Positions 1 to 12,762 of a stretch of 64,000 nucleotides of DNA are shown piece by piece. The notes beneath the pieces are model-generated. The model made no database searches and had not been told where the DNA came from. It saw only the letters and a list, made by a program, of their open reading frames with translations. Made by a program: the position numbers and the translations under genes. Origin of the DNA: Paraspadella gotoi (taxonomy: Eukaryota; Animalia; Chaetognatha); the NCBI GenBank assembly GCA_051294375.1, contig CM119263.1, positions 14,028,414 to 14,092,413 on the forward strand, read 5' to 3'. Position 1 is the stretch's first letter. Each line of letters starts with the position of its first letter.

Positions 1-116
1 GTATCACTCATGTTTTTTTTTACGGCAGAAATAAATTGCTCCATTCGAGAGAAGGCAAGTAGGGGCCTCTTGCCAGCCTCATTAGTAGTTATTGAAAGAT
101 TTCCTGCGGAGAAGCA

Positions 117-215
117 GAGAGAGAGAGAGACGGAGAGAGAGCACGAGAGAGAAGGACGAGCGGAGTAGAGAGAGAGAGAGAAGAGAGACGAGAGAGAGAG
201 AGAGTAGAGAGAGAA
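117..215. repeat. Imperfect (GA)n microsatellite
   Basis: Directly visible GA dinucleotide run. Confidence 0.9.
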
Positions 216-3124
216 GAGCCGAGGAGCGAGAGCGATATCGATAGTGAAGTGGAAACGCGGGATTCCGGAAGCAAGGAACGCGAGACCTGGCGCCCCGAGT
301 TGTGCCAATCAAACGGAACCGCAACCCGCTGATGAGAATACGGTCGCGGAGACAGAACTCGACGAACCTGAGGCTCTGGATGGAGCGGCAGGAGAAGCGC
401 AGGCATGTTGGCGGTTGGATGCGCCGTGGCGAGAGGATCATCAACGACCGAAATAACGAGGACGATGAACTGAGAAGGGTAAAAACGAATAGTTGCGGAC
501 GCGAGAATGGGGATAGAAGTGCAAATATAAGGCTGTTGTCTATGATTTGTTCTAAAGTAGGAAATTCTTATTCGGAACGGGTCATTTGGAAAGATTCGGG
601 TTGCGCGGCAGCAACCGATTTCGACTTTGGAGGTCTACTGATTTCGTTTCGATCTCCAATCGTGTCCGCTATTTATATTTAAACCACAGGCGTAAATAGT
701 CAGAGATGTAATAGAGTCAATTCACAGGTGGGGTGGTAGAGGCCGCCTCTAGGCGCCGCGACCGTAGTTTTGCTCGTCCTTGGTAAAGGCAGGCCAAAGC
801 TTGTGCGATGACGAGGTTGGCTAGAGTACTGGATGCTCAGCTGACCTCGTAGATATTGAATTTTATTTAAAATTATTCGTGCAAAGCTATAAACAATAAC
901 CTAGGATTTCTGGACAACATTTGGAATGGAAATTCGAAGATTGACTTAAAAAAAAGGAACTTGAGGAAAAATAGATATAATAGCAGCCGTCTTAGCTAGT
1001 TCAAAAAACTATTTATTATCTTATTAGTTATAGGGTACGAGGCGGGACCGTGGGAGGTCCTGTATTTATTCCAGAAGGAACATTGCAGGCAGAAGAAAAG
1101 AGCTACAGTCGCACCGCAGCGTCGCGCGCTTCTTTTCTTGTTTTGAGGCTTCATCAGGATTGGATCGGAGGGCAACAGCCCACAAAAAAAGCCCGTGAGG
1201 GTTACATCAGCCAGGGCTCGCGGTGAGATTTGGATTCGGTTTGTGTGTCCCATTTTTGAGTCTGCCTGGGCGGCGGGTCCAATCCCTCCTTCTAGCAGAG
1301 AGGAGAGAGCGGGCGATTCAAAGTGCCGCGATGGTGACCCTTGAGGTCATCTCTTGAGGTCGGGGGTTGAAGCAATAGTGGCGGAGCCTAGGCGAGGCTA
1401 ATCAAAATGGGTAGTAAGCTCGGCCCATCCCGAGTCACAGCGACGCCCGGGCGCAGGCCCCAGGGTGTTGGGGAAACGAAAGAAATTAAATATTTTCCAG
1501 TCAGGTGTAAAAGGTGAAAGGTTATTTCTAAAAAATTGTTTGGTTTATATGTCTGCTTTAAAGAAACCCGACAACTCAAGACGAATATTGTGCTACTTTG
1601 AGAGTGATGAGATTGATATTTAATGTTAAACGAATAAAATGGAGGGCGGAATCTTCATTTTCATCTTTCCCGGCGCGGCGCCTGATCTAATTTCATGTTT
1701 TGTTATAATTTTCCCGCTTTCCGCTCCTATCTCGTTCTCATCGGATGGATGACGGTTTCGGCGCTCGCGAAAATCAAACCAACTCAAATCCAAGGGAACT
1801 AACGGAACTCCGGGCTTGATAACCTCGTGATGTTCTTGTGTTTTAGGGAGCACTCTATTTTCTCAAAAACTCAGCGGCAGGGCAACGCCAAACCACCACA
1901 CCCCACATTGGCTGCTCCGCCTAGCTCACCGCGACACGGTCAGCTCGCAATCGTTCTCATCGACCCGCCGGATCGTCGTCCTCAGTATTCCCCACTATTA
2001 ATTTAAGCATTAGTGAGATTTCCATCTCGTCCGAGAGACACCGGCTGGGTGGGGTCGAGTTCACGTTAAAGCTGCCACCTCCCTCGGGCTACGTAGCGTA
2101 AGGACCGGCCGTCTTCATGGTTGGGCGTAGGTCTCAGCCGGCACGTGATTCCTCTTCCTCACTTTAACGCTCTCGGGGTGGGAAATCTCTTTCTGACTCT
2201 TTGACGCGACCAGTCTCTCTCCCCATGCTTACCTCTCTCTCTCCCTCTGCCAGATGATCCTCGTTCCCTCTCGACTCGTCGTTCGTTGACCGTGGAGTCG
2301 CGTTACGATCTCCCCGACTTTGGGGGTTAAAACTCGTCCGTATAAATAAATTAAACCATAACTATTTAACAATTGTTCTTTTGCTAGACATTGTTATAAT
2401 TCTTTCTTTTCGCTGTGTATGAATTTAGGAAAACCGTTGTTAATAGTACGACTAAACTTGTCAATACATTCGTTGTTGCACTATTAAAACTGTTTTCCTC
2501 AACAATTGTTTTTAAAATCGAAACGAAGGAAGAAACATTTAACACGATTTATTTGTCTGTACTATAAACCATATAATGTCGTAAATTAACGACTAATTGA
2601 ACTTTATCTCTTTAATCATTAGATTTTAGCAATGATTTTTTTTTTCTGAAAGAAAACAGCAAACAAATAATTACGTAAATGGTTGCAAAAAGATCCTATG
2701 TCAACAATAAACGTGAACAAAAAAGGAAAATAAAAAAAGAGATCAGGGACAAAGATTGGCGCACCCAAATTTTCGCCCCAATTTTAAAATCGATCATGAG
2801 GCGGCGCTACCTTTGCGGCTTTTCGCGGCGGACGCCCCTCGCGGTCGTTTACCCCGTGCGTCACGGTCGCCCGTTTGGCCGCCGCGTGTGTCGCCGTTGC
2901 TACGATCGCCGCTTGCGACCGCTAAAGATCCGGCCGTAGCGGGCGCAAAGGGCAAGGCGGGGGCAAGTTGGGGGTTAAAGCACGAGGGGCAGGGGACGAA
3001 CCAAATGAAGGGAGAAGCAGTCAGTGGGCGAAGTGGAGAGGAGGGGAATGACGTGGGGCGCCCGAGTTGGTCATGTGGCCGGTGATCGAATTCTTTGCTT
3101 GTTTGCTTTTGTCATTTTAAACCA

Positions 3125-3165
3125 AGTCTGTCTGTCTGTCTTTCTTTCTTTCTTTCTTTCTTTCT

Positions 3166-3214
<49 letters not shown>

Positions 3215-3230
3215 TTTCTTTCTCTCTCAA
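3125..3230. repeat. (TCTG)n/(TTTC)n microsatellite
   Basis: Directly visible tetranucleotide run. Confidence 0.9.
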
Positions 3231-4430
3231 CCCTTTTCTGTTTACCTTTGATAAGAGTGTTCCCTATTTTTTGAGTCGAGGTTTTTCTTATCATCGAGGG
3301 ATCAGCGTCACGCTCGAGAAGCGAAGATAAAGAAGCAACGACGTCATTGGAATGGAATTCGCCTTTGTTCCACTTTTCTTTTCGCCTCATTGGTAGTTTA
3401 GTTAGTCAAATTAACAAAATGCCTCACAACAAAAATATTCTAACATCGCCCCATATAGGCCGAAATATAAAGCATTTTCCTTTTTGACATAAAAGCAATA
3501 ATATTCTGACAGAACCATCCATCTTTCCCCTTTAATTCGTCATTTAACAGACTGCCTGGCAAACCCCAGCTTACCATCACTGATCCGTCGCGAACCGAAT
3601 CACCATAAAACTTACCCAAAATCCTGTTTGGCCGCGCGACTTGAAGATCGCGTGAGAAATTGATAGGAACCGGTTCTTCGATTCGAGGCGTTGAACGCTG
3701 TGGGGCGTTGCGGTTTTCTTTGTGGATACTGTTTTACATGAATCAAAATTAAATCAACTAAAAATCACTTCAAATTTTAAAACACAATTATTTTGTACCG
3801 TTTACGCTTTTAATTTTTTAAACTCTAATGTATAAAAATTATCATTACGTAGAACAAAAAATGTACCAAAATATTTAATTCATCTCCCATCCCCTGAACG
3901 AGATCCTCAGCCCGAAAATTCGTCACGAGCGAGTGACTGATTAAGCGAACCGTTTCTTCGGCTTCGTTGTCTTCGTCTTCGTCGTCGTCGTCATCGTCGC
4001 CCGGGCCTCCACTTTGGCCTTTGGCCGCCTCGAGCCTTCCAACCGGTCCTGAAATAGCAGCCCAGGATGGCCTAGGGCCCGCAATCAATCTTCCCTCCGC
4101 TGGTGCGGCCCCGGATCGCCGCCAGCCGCCGATGACGTCCCTCGGAGCGCCCCGAGCGTGCGAGCGCGGACCGCGCGCGCGGCGCATGGGGAACTTTAAC
4201 GCGGCTTTGCCCGGACGAGTCCGCGCGAGTCTCTGCCCGACAACCTATCTGATTATAAAGAGCGAGGAACGACAGGATCGTGACTGCAGGATGGAAAGGC
4301 TGTAAGTCAAGGGGAAAATTAATTGATCTATAAAAATATTTTATCTATCATATATATATTTTTATATTGGTTGTTCCAATTTCTTGTACTTTCAACTATT
4401 CCATATAATGTGAGTAGCAAAAAAACTCTC

Positions 4431-4469
4431 CTCTCTTTCTTTCTTTCTTTCTTTCTTTCTTCTTTCTTC

Positions 4470-4524
<55 letters not shown>

Positions 4525-4600
4525 CTTTCTCTTATTCTCTCTACGTATCTATTTTTCTTTCTTTCTTTCTTTTTGTTTGTTTTTTTTTTTTTCTTTCTTT
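4431..4600. repeat. (TTTC)n microsatellite / polypyrimidine tract
   Basis: Directly visible. Confidence 0.9.
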
Positions 4601-6979
4601 TTCTATCTTTTTTTCTTTGACTTATTTTTTTCTTTTAGTTTCTTTATTTCGACTCTCAATCAACCCAGTGAGTTCGTGATAGTAAAAAAATGTTACAGTA
4701 CAACTATTCGTTATCCTCTTCTTCCTCTCTCCTCCTCCTCCTCCTTTTCTTGCCCTTTCGTAATCATCGTCGATGAATGACGAATCATGCGCCGAATTGT
4801 GACCGGATCGCGGTTTTGGCAGAATGGCACAGGATGGCAGGGTCGAGGGATCGCGCGCCGGACAAGACCCCGATCCTTTGTCCGTCGCCTCTTCTCGTCT
4901 CCAAGAAGAAGCAAATGGAAATGGAATCTTCAAATCCTCATCCGACTCTTCCTCCTCCTAATCCCCTCTTCTCTATTCCAACTGACGCGTTTCTTTTATT
5001 TCCTCTCTCTCTCTCTCGTCTCTCATCTCTTCTCTCTCTCTCTTTTTCCTTCCCTCTTCTCTCTCTTCCCTCTCTGTCTCTTGCGTTCCCGCGGTCCAAC
5101 GCCGGCACCAGGTGTCGTCCCTTCTATGCAAATGAGATCACGAGACGCAAGGAGTGATCGAGTTTTCCGTGATTTTTTTTCCTTTTTTCTTTTTTTTTTT
5201 GTGATTCTAAGCAAAAGACGCCATTGAGAAAGCAAGGGTGGTGACAACGTCGGGTCAAGAGGAAAGATTACCTATGACGAATTTAAAATACATAAATTCC
5301 AATTGTCCGGGGTTTTTTTTCAAACTCTTTTCATTCCAAGTAGTCAGAGGGATTTTTGTAATTAGACTAAGCAATGAAGTTTTATAAAGGTACTATTAGC
5401 AGACAAGAGTCTGAAAAATAGCTATTACTTATGATTGGGCACTCGTCTTCTCGCAAACGACGACAACCACTCCACCCCCCCCCCCCCCGCTTTCTGTTTG
5501 GTCAGTGGTCACCGTGTCCCCGTCGATCCTCGGGTCCTCGGATTATTTCTCTCCACTTTTGTTTTCTTTTTTTTTTTTTCGTTTCGTCGAACCGCCGAGG
5601 ACTCGATTTCAATTCGCGGTTAACTCGAAAGTAAACAAGAGAAAGAAAACTCGGATAAGAAAAAAAAAAAGGAAAAGAAAAAATAAAAGGGATTGAGGAA
5701 GAGAAAGGGAAATAAGATATATATATATATGAAAGAAGTAAANNNNNNNNNNNNNNNNNNNNNNNNNAAAAACGATGCATATTACCGAGAGAAAAAAAAA
5801 CGCAAGTGGCGTCTTGAATGACAACTTCGAGATTTATGCAGAAAATTTTTTTTCTCCAAACAAACAAGGGGGAAAAAAATTATCGGCCGGTGGGATCTAC
5901 ATTAGAATCCGAAGAAAGAAAAAGAAATGTAAGCGGTGACAGTGAATTTCGGGAGGCCATTCACGTTCGCAACTCGAGAACTCGAATAACTTTAGTGATT
6001 AGCTGTTGATTGGCCGGTGGTTAAAAAGTGATTGGTAAATGATCAAGTCTTCGTGATTGCTTTTTTCCCCCTAACTTTCGTGTCAATGGCCGCAAAACAG
6101 TTTTTTTTTTTTTTTTGCTTTAAATAAATGCAACTAAGGAAGCGTTTGACCGAAGGCGACGGCGACGACAATGAGGACGACGATTGACCAGAGGCGAAAA
6201 AACCGACGACGAAGACGATGACGTTTTTGACCGAAGGCGAATTCGTTGTTAAATCCTAACGCGTTAATGAAAACGCCCTCTGGACAAAATGCTCTTTTCG
6301 TCCGAATCGTGGTCGTCGTCGTCGTCGTTAACTTATTTCGTAGACGGAAACTCGATTTTAAAAATAAATCAATTAAAGTAATAACTTCTTAGCAAGGAAT
6401 TGTCATAACAGAATTTTTCCGCCACGTGGGTAACGGCTGCAGGTCCTCGATCGGTGAAAGACACGAAAATGACAAAAATGACAGAGAATGGACTGACACA
6501 CTTTCGAAGAAGCGACATCTCCGTCTTCCCAGCATCACACTTCTCTTTCACTCCCCCCCTTTTTTTTCTAGCATCACGCTTTATCTCGCACTTTATCCTC
6601 AAATCCCCGATACTTTGTCTCATCTAGAAATTCGAGATGCGTCTCTCTCTCTCTCTCATAAAGGATCCTTTATTTTGCGACTCGAACGAGAAACAATGTC
6701 CGTCGAATCTTTTTCTTCTTTTCTGCTTTTTTTTTTTGTTTAAATTTTCTTATTGTTCTTTTATTCTTTCGAATCGTCAATTTTGGGGAAAAGAAAACCT
6801 TAATTGAGGGAATCCCGAAGTCAATTAGAAGAAATCGAGGAAAGCGCGTCGTCGGACATCTACGCGCATCTGGCGGCCATACGCGCTCAGACCGAAACCC
6901 CGCCGCTTCTAACCCACCTTCTTAACTCACCATCTCGTCCAAGTCGTACAAATTAAACATTTTTAGTAAGTTTAGTAAG

Positions 6980-7436
6980 GTTTGATACTATTAATTCGAC
7001 ATATATTATATATATTATATATGCAATATGCATTATGCAATCAATGCTATTTCTTAGGATAAACACCACGATTTCTAATTTTAGTAGGTTTTTGATATTT
7101 TCAATCTTCCCTCGTAACATGGATCTGTACCAAGTTCCATTTTGTGTATGACTCGTACGGTTCCGGTTTCCGATTCTGCCAGATATTGCAGNNNNNNNNN
7201 NGTTTGATACTATTAATCTGACATTTATAATATAATATATAAATTATATTATAATATATATGCAATATGCATTATGCAAACAATGCTATTTCATAGGATA
7301 AACACCACGATTTCCATTTTTTTAGTAGGTTTTTGATATTTTCAATCTTCCCTCGTAACTAACAAGGATCTGTACCAAGTTCCATTTTGTGTATAACTCG
7401 TCCGGTTCCGGTTTCCGATTCTGCCAGAGATTGCAG
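6980..7436. repeat. ~210-235 bp direct duplication either side of a 10-N gap (6980-7191 vs 7202-7436); likely contig-overlap artefact
   Basis: GTTTGATACTATTAAT...GATTCTGCCAGA..TTGCAG occurs on both sides of the N run. Confidence 0.8.
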
Positions 7437-8878
7437 ATGACCATCAACGGATCTGACGATGGAAATACGGAAAATCTGGAGAAAATGAGAGATAGCATCT
7501 GAGTAGGAATGGAATCGGCGATGGAATCGAAAGAATCGGCGACTCCGATGGAGAATCAAGCACCGAATCATGGGGTCGGCAAGCTGCTGTCTCGACGGGG
7601 CTTCTCTCGTCGATACGCTCGGGCGCCGAAGTGTTCGAACCAGATGCACAGCGCTAGGAGGGAGTTGAAGTTTAATATATAAAATAAAATCATTAATATT
7701 AGATTTGTATAAATCATCGTCACCAATTTTTTAAAAACATTTTTACGCCATAGATGTTATCATTTATCTATATTTATATGTATATTTATATTTATATGTA
7801 ACCACAGAGTTTGAAAATAATTTTTTAAACAAAACAATGAATAAATAAAACTCGTCTTCTCTAGATCCACTGTGCGATTCACGAAAATCCGTTTCGACTT
7901 TAATATTCTCATTTACAGCCTCGAGCGACGAACTCACCGAAGCGACGCCACACAAACAAAAGTCACGACCCTCACGTGATTCGAAGAAACCCTCGTGATT
8001 TCTGGCGCCTCTCCCGGCTATGGGTCAGCAAAAACGACGAGGAAAACGACGGCCCGAGGCGCCCGCATCGCTCTCTCATTGGTCTACCTCCACCGGCCCA
8101 CCAATCGCTGGCTTCGTCCCGCTCCTCTTAAAATTGATACCCGAAATTAATGGGCCTCGAGACCTTAGAGTCGCGGATGGACGAGTAAGGAAAAAAGCTT
8201 TTGTGACGATTATCGAATTAGGAGAATTGAGAGTCTGACCCGAAAGAGAGAGATGAGAGGCTGAGTGGGGAGAGGAGGGGGCGAAAGAGAGGGTAGAGCA
8301 GAAACTAAGATGTCTTGATGGAATAAGAAGATAGAATTGAAAATAAAATAAAACAGCTTGTCATGTAAAATGGAGAGAGGAAGGAAATAGGAAGAGAAAA
8401 CGTTACAATTCGAAGCAAATGTACAAAAAAAGGAGGGGAAGAGAAGGAAGACAATAAAATAAGAATTGGTGTAACGAAAAAACTAAAAGACGGAAAATAG
8501 GCTTTTGTTTCTGTGTCGATTTTAATTCGATTGTCGGTCTTGGTTCTCATTTTGCGGTTTTTTATTTTTTTGGTCGTTGCCAGCTGGCCTTTCAAGTTGT
8601 TTTTTTTTTTTGTTTTTTGTTTTTTTCAAAATGGAGTAAAGGGAGAATTGGTGGAAGGACGATTGGGGGTCCATGACTCCTGAGTCAGTTTCGGGCGTGA
8701 GTTAAAATTTGTGAGAAAGCAAGTTTCAAAAAAAGAAGGGCTTCAAATTAGTTTTAGGAAAACCGAGATGGTCATGTTTGGGGTTAAATTAGACTTAGAT
8801 AATGCGCCCTGAGGCTTTGTGGGAAAAGCTGTGAAGAGGGAGGTTGGAACAATAAGAGGGCTTTTTGGGGTTAGACTC

Positions 8879-8880
<2 letters not shown>

Positions 8881-8953
<73 letters not shown>
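8881..8953. repeat. (GA)n microsatellite
   Basis: Directly visible. Confidence 0.9.
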
Positions 8954-8958
<5 letters not shown>

Positions 8959-10031
8959 GAGGGGAATGGAGGGAGTGAGGGATTTTCGGGTGAGGGGCAG
9001 GGGGACAGACGAGGATTAATTTGAAAAGGATCGCGAGAGTTCACTCTACAGGACAAATGAGGTCAGTCGACACGTGATCGATAATGAAAACCCAATTTAA
9101 AGTTTTGTTGTTCCTTTGTGCGGATTTCGGAATCCTCAGCTTTCTAAATGAAACGCAGCAAATGATTTTGTTTTTTGTTTTTTTTTCGCGACGCTAAGAA
9201 ACAAAAGAAAAACGATGGCACCTATAGTCCTCTAGAAATATGCGAAGAAATTTCCGCAATAAGATCTCTTTCTGAGAATCCATTTAAGTTTTATTTTGTT
9301 CTAGATTTCTATGGGCTAACACTGCGTTAATTTGCGAGAGTAGAGTAATCAAAAAAAACTTTTTTCTCGCCCTCATTGAGGGTCATGACATTGATGACAA
9401 GAGTCCTTTGGCTCGCTATATATTTCAAATTTTGCAGCTTTCTCATACGCGTTAAGTTTCAATAAGTACAAACATAGCATTTTTTTTGGAAAGCAAGAAG
9501 TCCTGGTTGGTATCATATTTGATATTTAAAGCAATAAAAAATTAACCATGGAAATAAATACATTTTTAGAATCATTAATAAAAAACCAAGAAAATATTTA
9601 AAGAAATAAAAACCTTTGAATCGATTTTTGTGTCTCCGAGACTGAGGGACTGAGACTGACTGACTCGGCATTGTAGAAGAGATAGCGGTGGGGTTAAAAA
9701 AAAGGTAAAAAAAAATTATATGTGATTAAAAGCATCTAAGGACAAAAATATCAAATTGTTACAAGCTTAGAAGAGAAATAAAATAAAAAGATGAACAGAG
9801 ACGGACGCCCCTTCCTCATTTTTTCCGCAACGATGAAAAAACTTTTAGGATAAAAAAAATCGATAAAATCTGAAATCGACGAGACGACGATAATTTTTTT
9901 CCCCCGCGACTTCGGCGAAGTTTTACGTCGGCGTAAAAACGTCACTGCGCCTCGATCTCACGGTCCTGAATGGACGCCCATCAATCAATCGCGAGCATTC
10001 ATCCGTTATCACTCCCAGCACCCATGACGCT

Positions 10032-10589
10032 CGTTTATATATGTGTTTTATTCGTTACAAACAATTAGTTGAAACGTACATCAAAAGGGCATGCAGCATT
10101 AAGATAAACGCATAAATTGTACAGTTTACAATTCACAAAATATAAATATTTAAATTAACAGAACGAAAAAAGAAAAAAAAATCAAACAATAAGCTGACAA
10201 GATTTTTAGAATATTGTTTCTTAGAGGACAAAAAAGCTTGGATTCAAAGTTTTTTGATCTAACAAGCAAAAATTTTATAGATATCATTATATCCAAATGA
10301 GGACGCTTAATGATCGTACACTCTCCCATCTATTCCAACCAAAATTTTCTAATGTCATCATTTATTGCTCATTTACTTTGGTCTATCTTTTGCAAGATAC
10401 TCTTTCACTTCAACTTCCGTACGTAAGTAATTGTGACACAATTGGTGTAGTACAAACGCATTAAAACTTTTCTGAGGGTTTATATAAGGAATTAAGGAGA
10501 CAATTGCTAGAGCGGTAGAAAGAGGATAAACTCTAGATAATGGGTCAAAGACATATATGCTTTTCATTACTAAGATTAAAACCGTTTAT
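10032..10589 (-). mobile_element. ~550 bp insertion present only in duplicate copy A, bounded by a 7-bp direct repeat CGTTTAT; probable transposon fragment
   Basis: Copy B reads CACGCTCGAGTATGGAT at ~18304-18320 without it. CGTTTAT occurs at 10032-10038 and 10583-10589. The minus strand has a broken reading frame and an AATAAA near its 3' end. Confidence 0.55.
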
Positions 10590-12140
10590 GGATCTACTTG
10601 TAGATTGCAGCACCTCCTACCGCTCCAAGAACACAGCAACAGCAACTTTCGCTTCAACGAAACGGTTTAAAGACCCAGCGTTTCCCTCAGCACCTTTAAC
10701 TCTCTCCACACCTTCTACCACCTCCTCTCGTCAATTTCGTCGTGTCAACTACTCCATTAACTTTATCGTTCATATCTCAGACAATCGGGATCCGAGGGCT
10801 GACAAAGAATGAGGCGGCTGCGACGACACGACCAAGCTCGTCTCACGCTCCCCACCCTTCGCCCCTTTCTCCCCCCCCCCGATCAGCACGCGTGGCGCTT
10901 CTCTTAATCTAATCTAATGACTCCCGTCGCAGATATCGAGGCCAAGATTTACCTCGAATCGATATTGGAAGGAAGGTCGGTCCTCGCCGCGTTTATAATC
11001 TACACAAAGTCAGGGTGGGATATCTCTCTCTCTCTCTCTCTCTCGTCTCTCTCTCTCTGTCTCCTCTCTCTCTCTCTCTCTCTCTGTCCATGGTCATGTA
11101 CTGTTCAATTCAATTCAATTCTTCAATTCGCCTCCACCCTGTTTAAAATCTAACTCTTCCTAGTTTCGCTCATATAAATTTTTTATTGCATATTTAAAAC
11201 CCCGCTTTTTTACCATAACCCCATAAGCCTATTTCGTAGCCTTTTCTAATTATGTCCCAAATTGATAAAACACCAAAAAATATTTCAATTTTAAATTTCT
11301 ACTTTCCTCTCGTGCGATTGTCTAAAATTGCCTCTAACTCAAAGAAACATTTGAAAGAACCAAAGAGTCCAATCATTTCCACTCATTTCTCAACGAGCAC
11401 CAAATTACCAATTCTATCATCGCCCTGATGTCAACGAACTCACACCACTCCACCCTCACAACCTCTCCCTTTCTCCCACTAATCCTCTGTCCCCCCACCC
11501 CCTCGCGCACCGGGCACGCCGACTGTTCCCAAATCAACCTGCGGAGATGCGATTCCTTCTCGCTTTCCCCACGTCCTCAAATAGCGATCTCCTAATGATT
11601 CTCTCTCCTCTCTCTCTCTCCCTCTCTCTCTCGTCTCTCTCTCTCTCTCTCTCTCTCGTCGTTCCTCATCTCTGTGTTTTTTAGCTAATTTCGCAAGTCA
11701 TGCTCATTAATTAGAAAACAGAAAAAGAGGGGTAAAGCAAAGAAAACATAGGAAAAGCACAAAAGAACAAAAAAAATAAAAAAAATAGAGAAACAAGAAA
11801 AAAGAAAAATAAAATAAGCAAAGACGATAAAAAAAAAGACAAACAGTGGAGACAGACACTTCGATGAACTTGGAAATGACTAAAAAATCTGCAAAGAGGA
11901 AATAAAAAGAAACGACGAACTCATTGTCGCAAGAAAACGAGAAATCTCTTCGTCTTACCTTTTTCTTCCCTCAACTTGGGCAACTTATTCTTTACTTTCC
12001 GCTCATTCGAGAATTCTTTTTTGCAATATATTCAATTACAAAGCTAACAAATTGTAGTGAAACTTTACGAAAAAAATAATAAATCAACATTAACAAACGT
12101 AAGTCTAACTGATTAATTAGCTAATAATTGATAATTAAAT

Positions 12141-12762
12141 ACCGAAAAAAGAAAAGAAAAAAGAAAAGAAAAGAATAGAAAAAAAAAAGGAAAAAAAAAA
12201 GAAAGAAAAAAAAGAGAGAAAAGAAAAAGGAAATGAGAACGAAGAAAAAAGAGAAAGGAAAAGAAAAAAGAAAAGAAAAGAAAAGAAAATGAAAAGAGAA
12301 AAGAAAAGAAAGAGAAAAAAGAAAAGAAAGAGAAAAAAGAAGAGAAAGAAAAGAAAAAGAAAAGACAAAAAGAAAAAGGAAAAAGAAGGGAAAAGAAAGA
12401 AACGAAAAGAAAGAAAGAAAGAAAAGAAATGAAAAGAAAAGAAAAGAAAAGAAAAGAAAGAAAGAAAGAAAAGAAAAGAAAAGAGAAAAAGAAAAAGAAA
12501 GAGAAAGAAAAGAAAGAGAAAAATAAAGAGAAAGAATGAGAAAGAAGAGAAAAGAAAAGAAAGAAAGAGAAAAGAAGAAGAAAAGAAAGAGAAAGAAAAG
12601 AAAAGAAAGAGAAAAAGAAAATAAAAAGAGAGAAAAGAAAGAGAAAAAAGAAAGAAAAAATAAAAGAGAAAAGAAAAGAAAAGAAAGAAAGAAAAGAAAA
12701 GAAAAGAGAAGAAAAGAAAAGAAAAGGGAGAAAAAGAAAAGAAAAGAAAAGAAAGAAGAAAG
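12141..12762. repeat. ~620 bp nearly pure purine (GAAAA/GAAA)n tract
   Basis: Directly visible; source of the spurious F/S/L- and K/R/E-rich ORFs. Confidence 0.92.
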
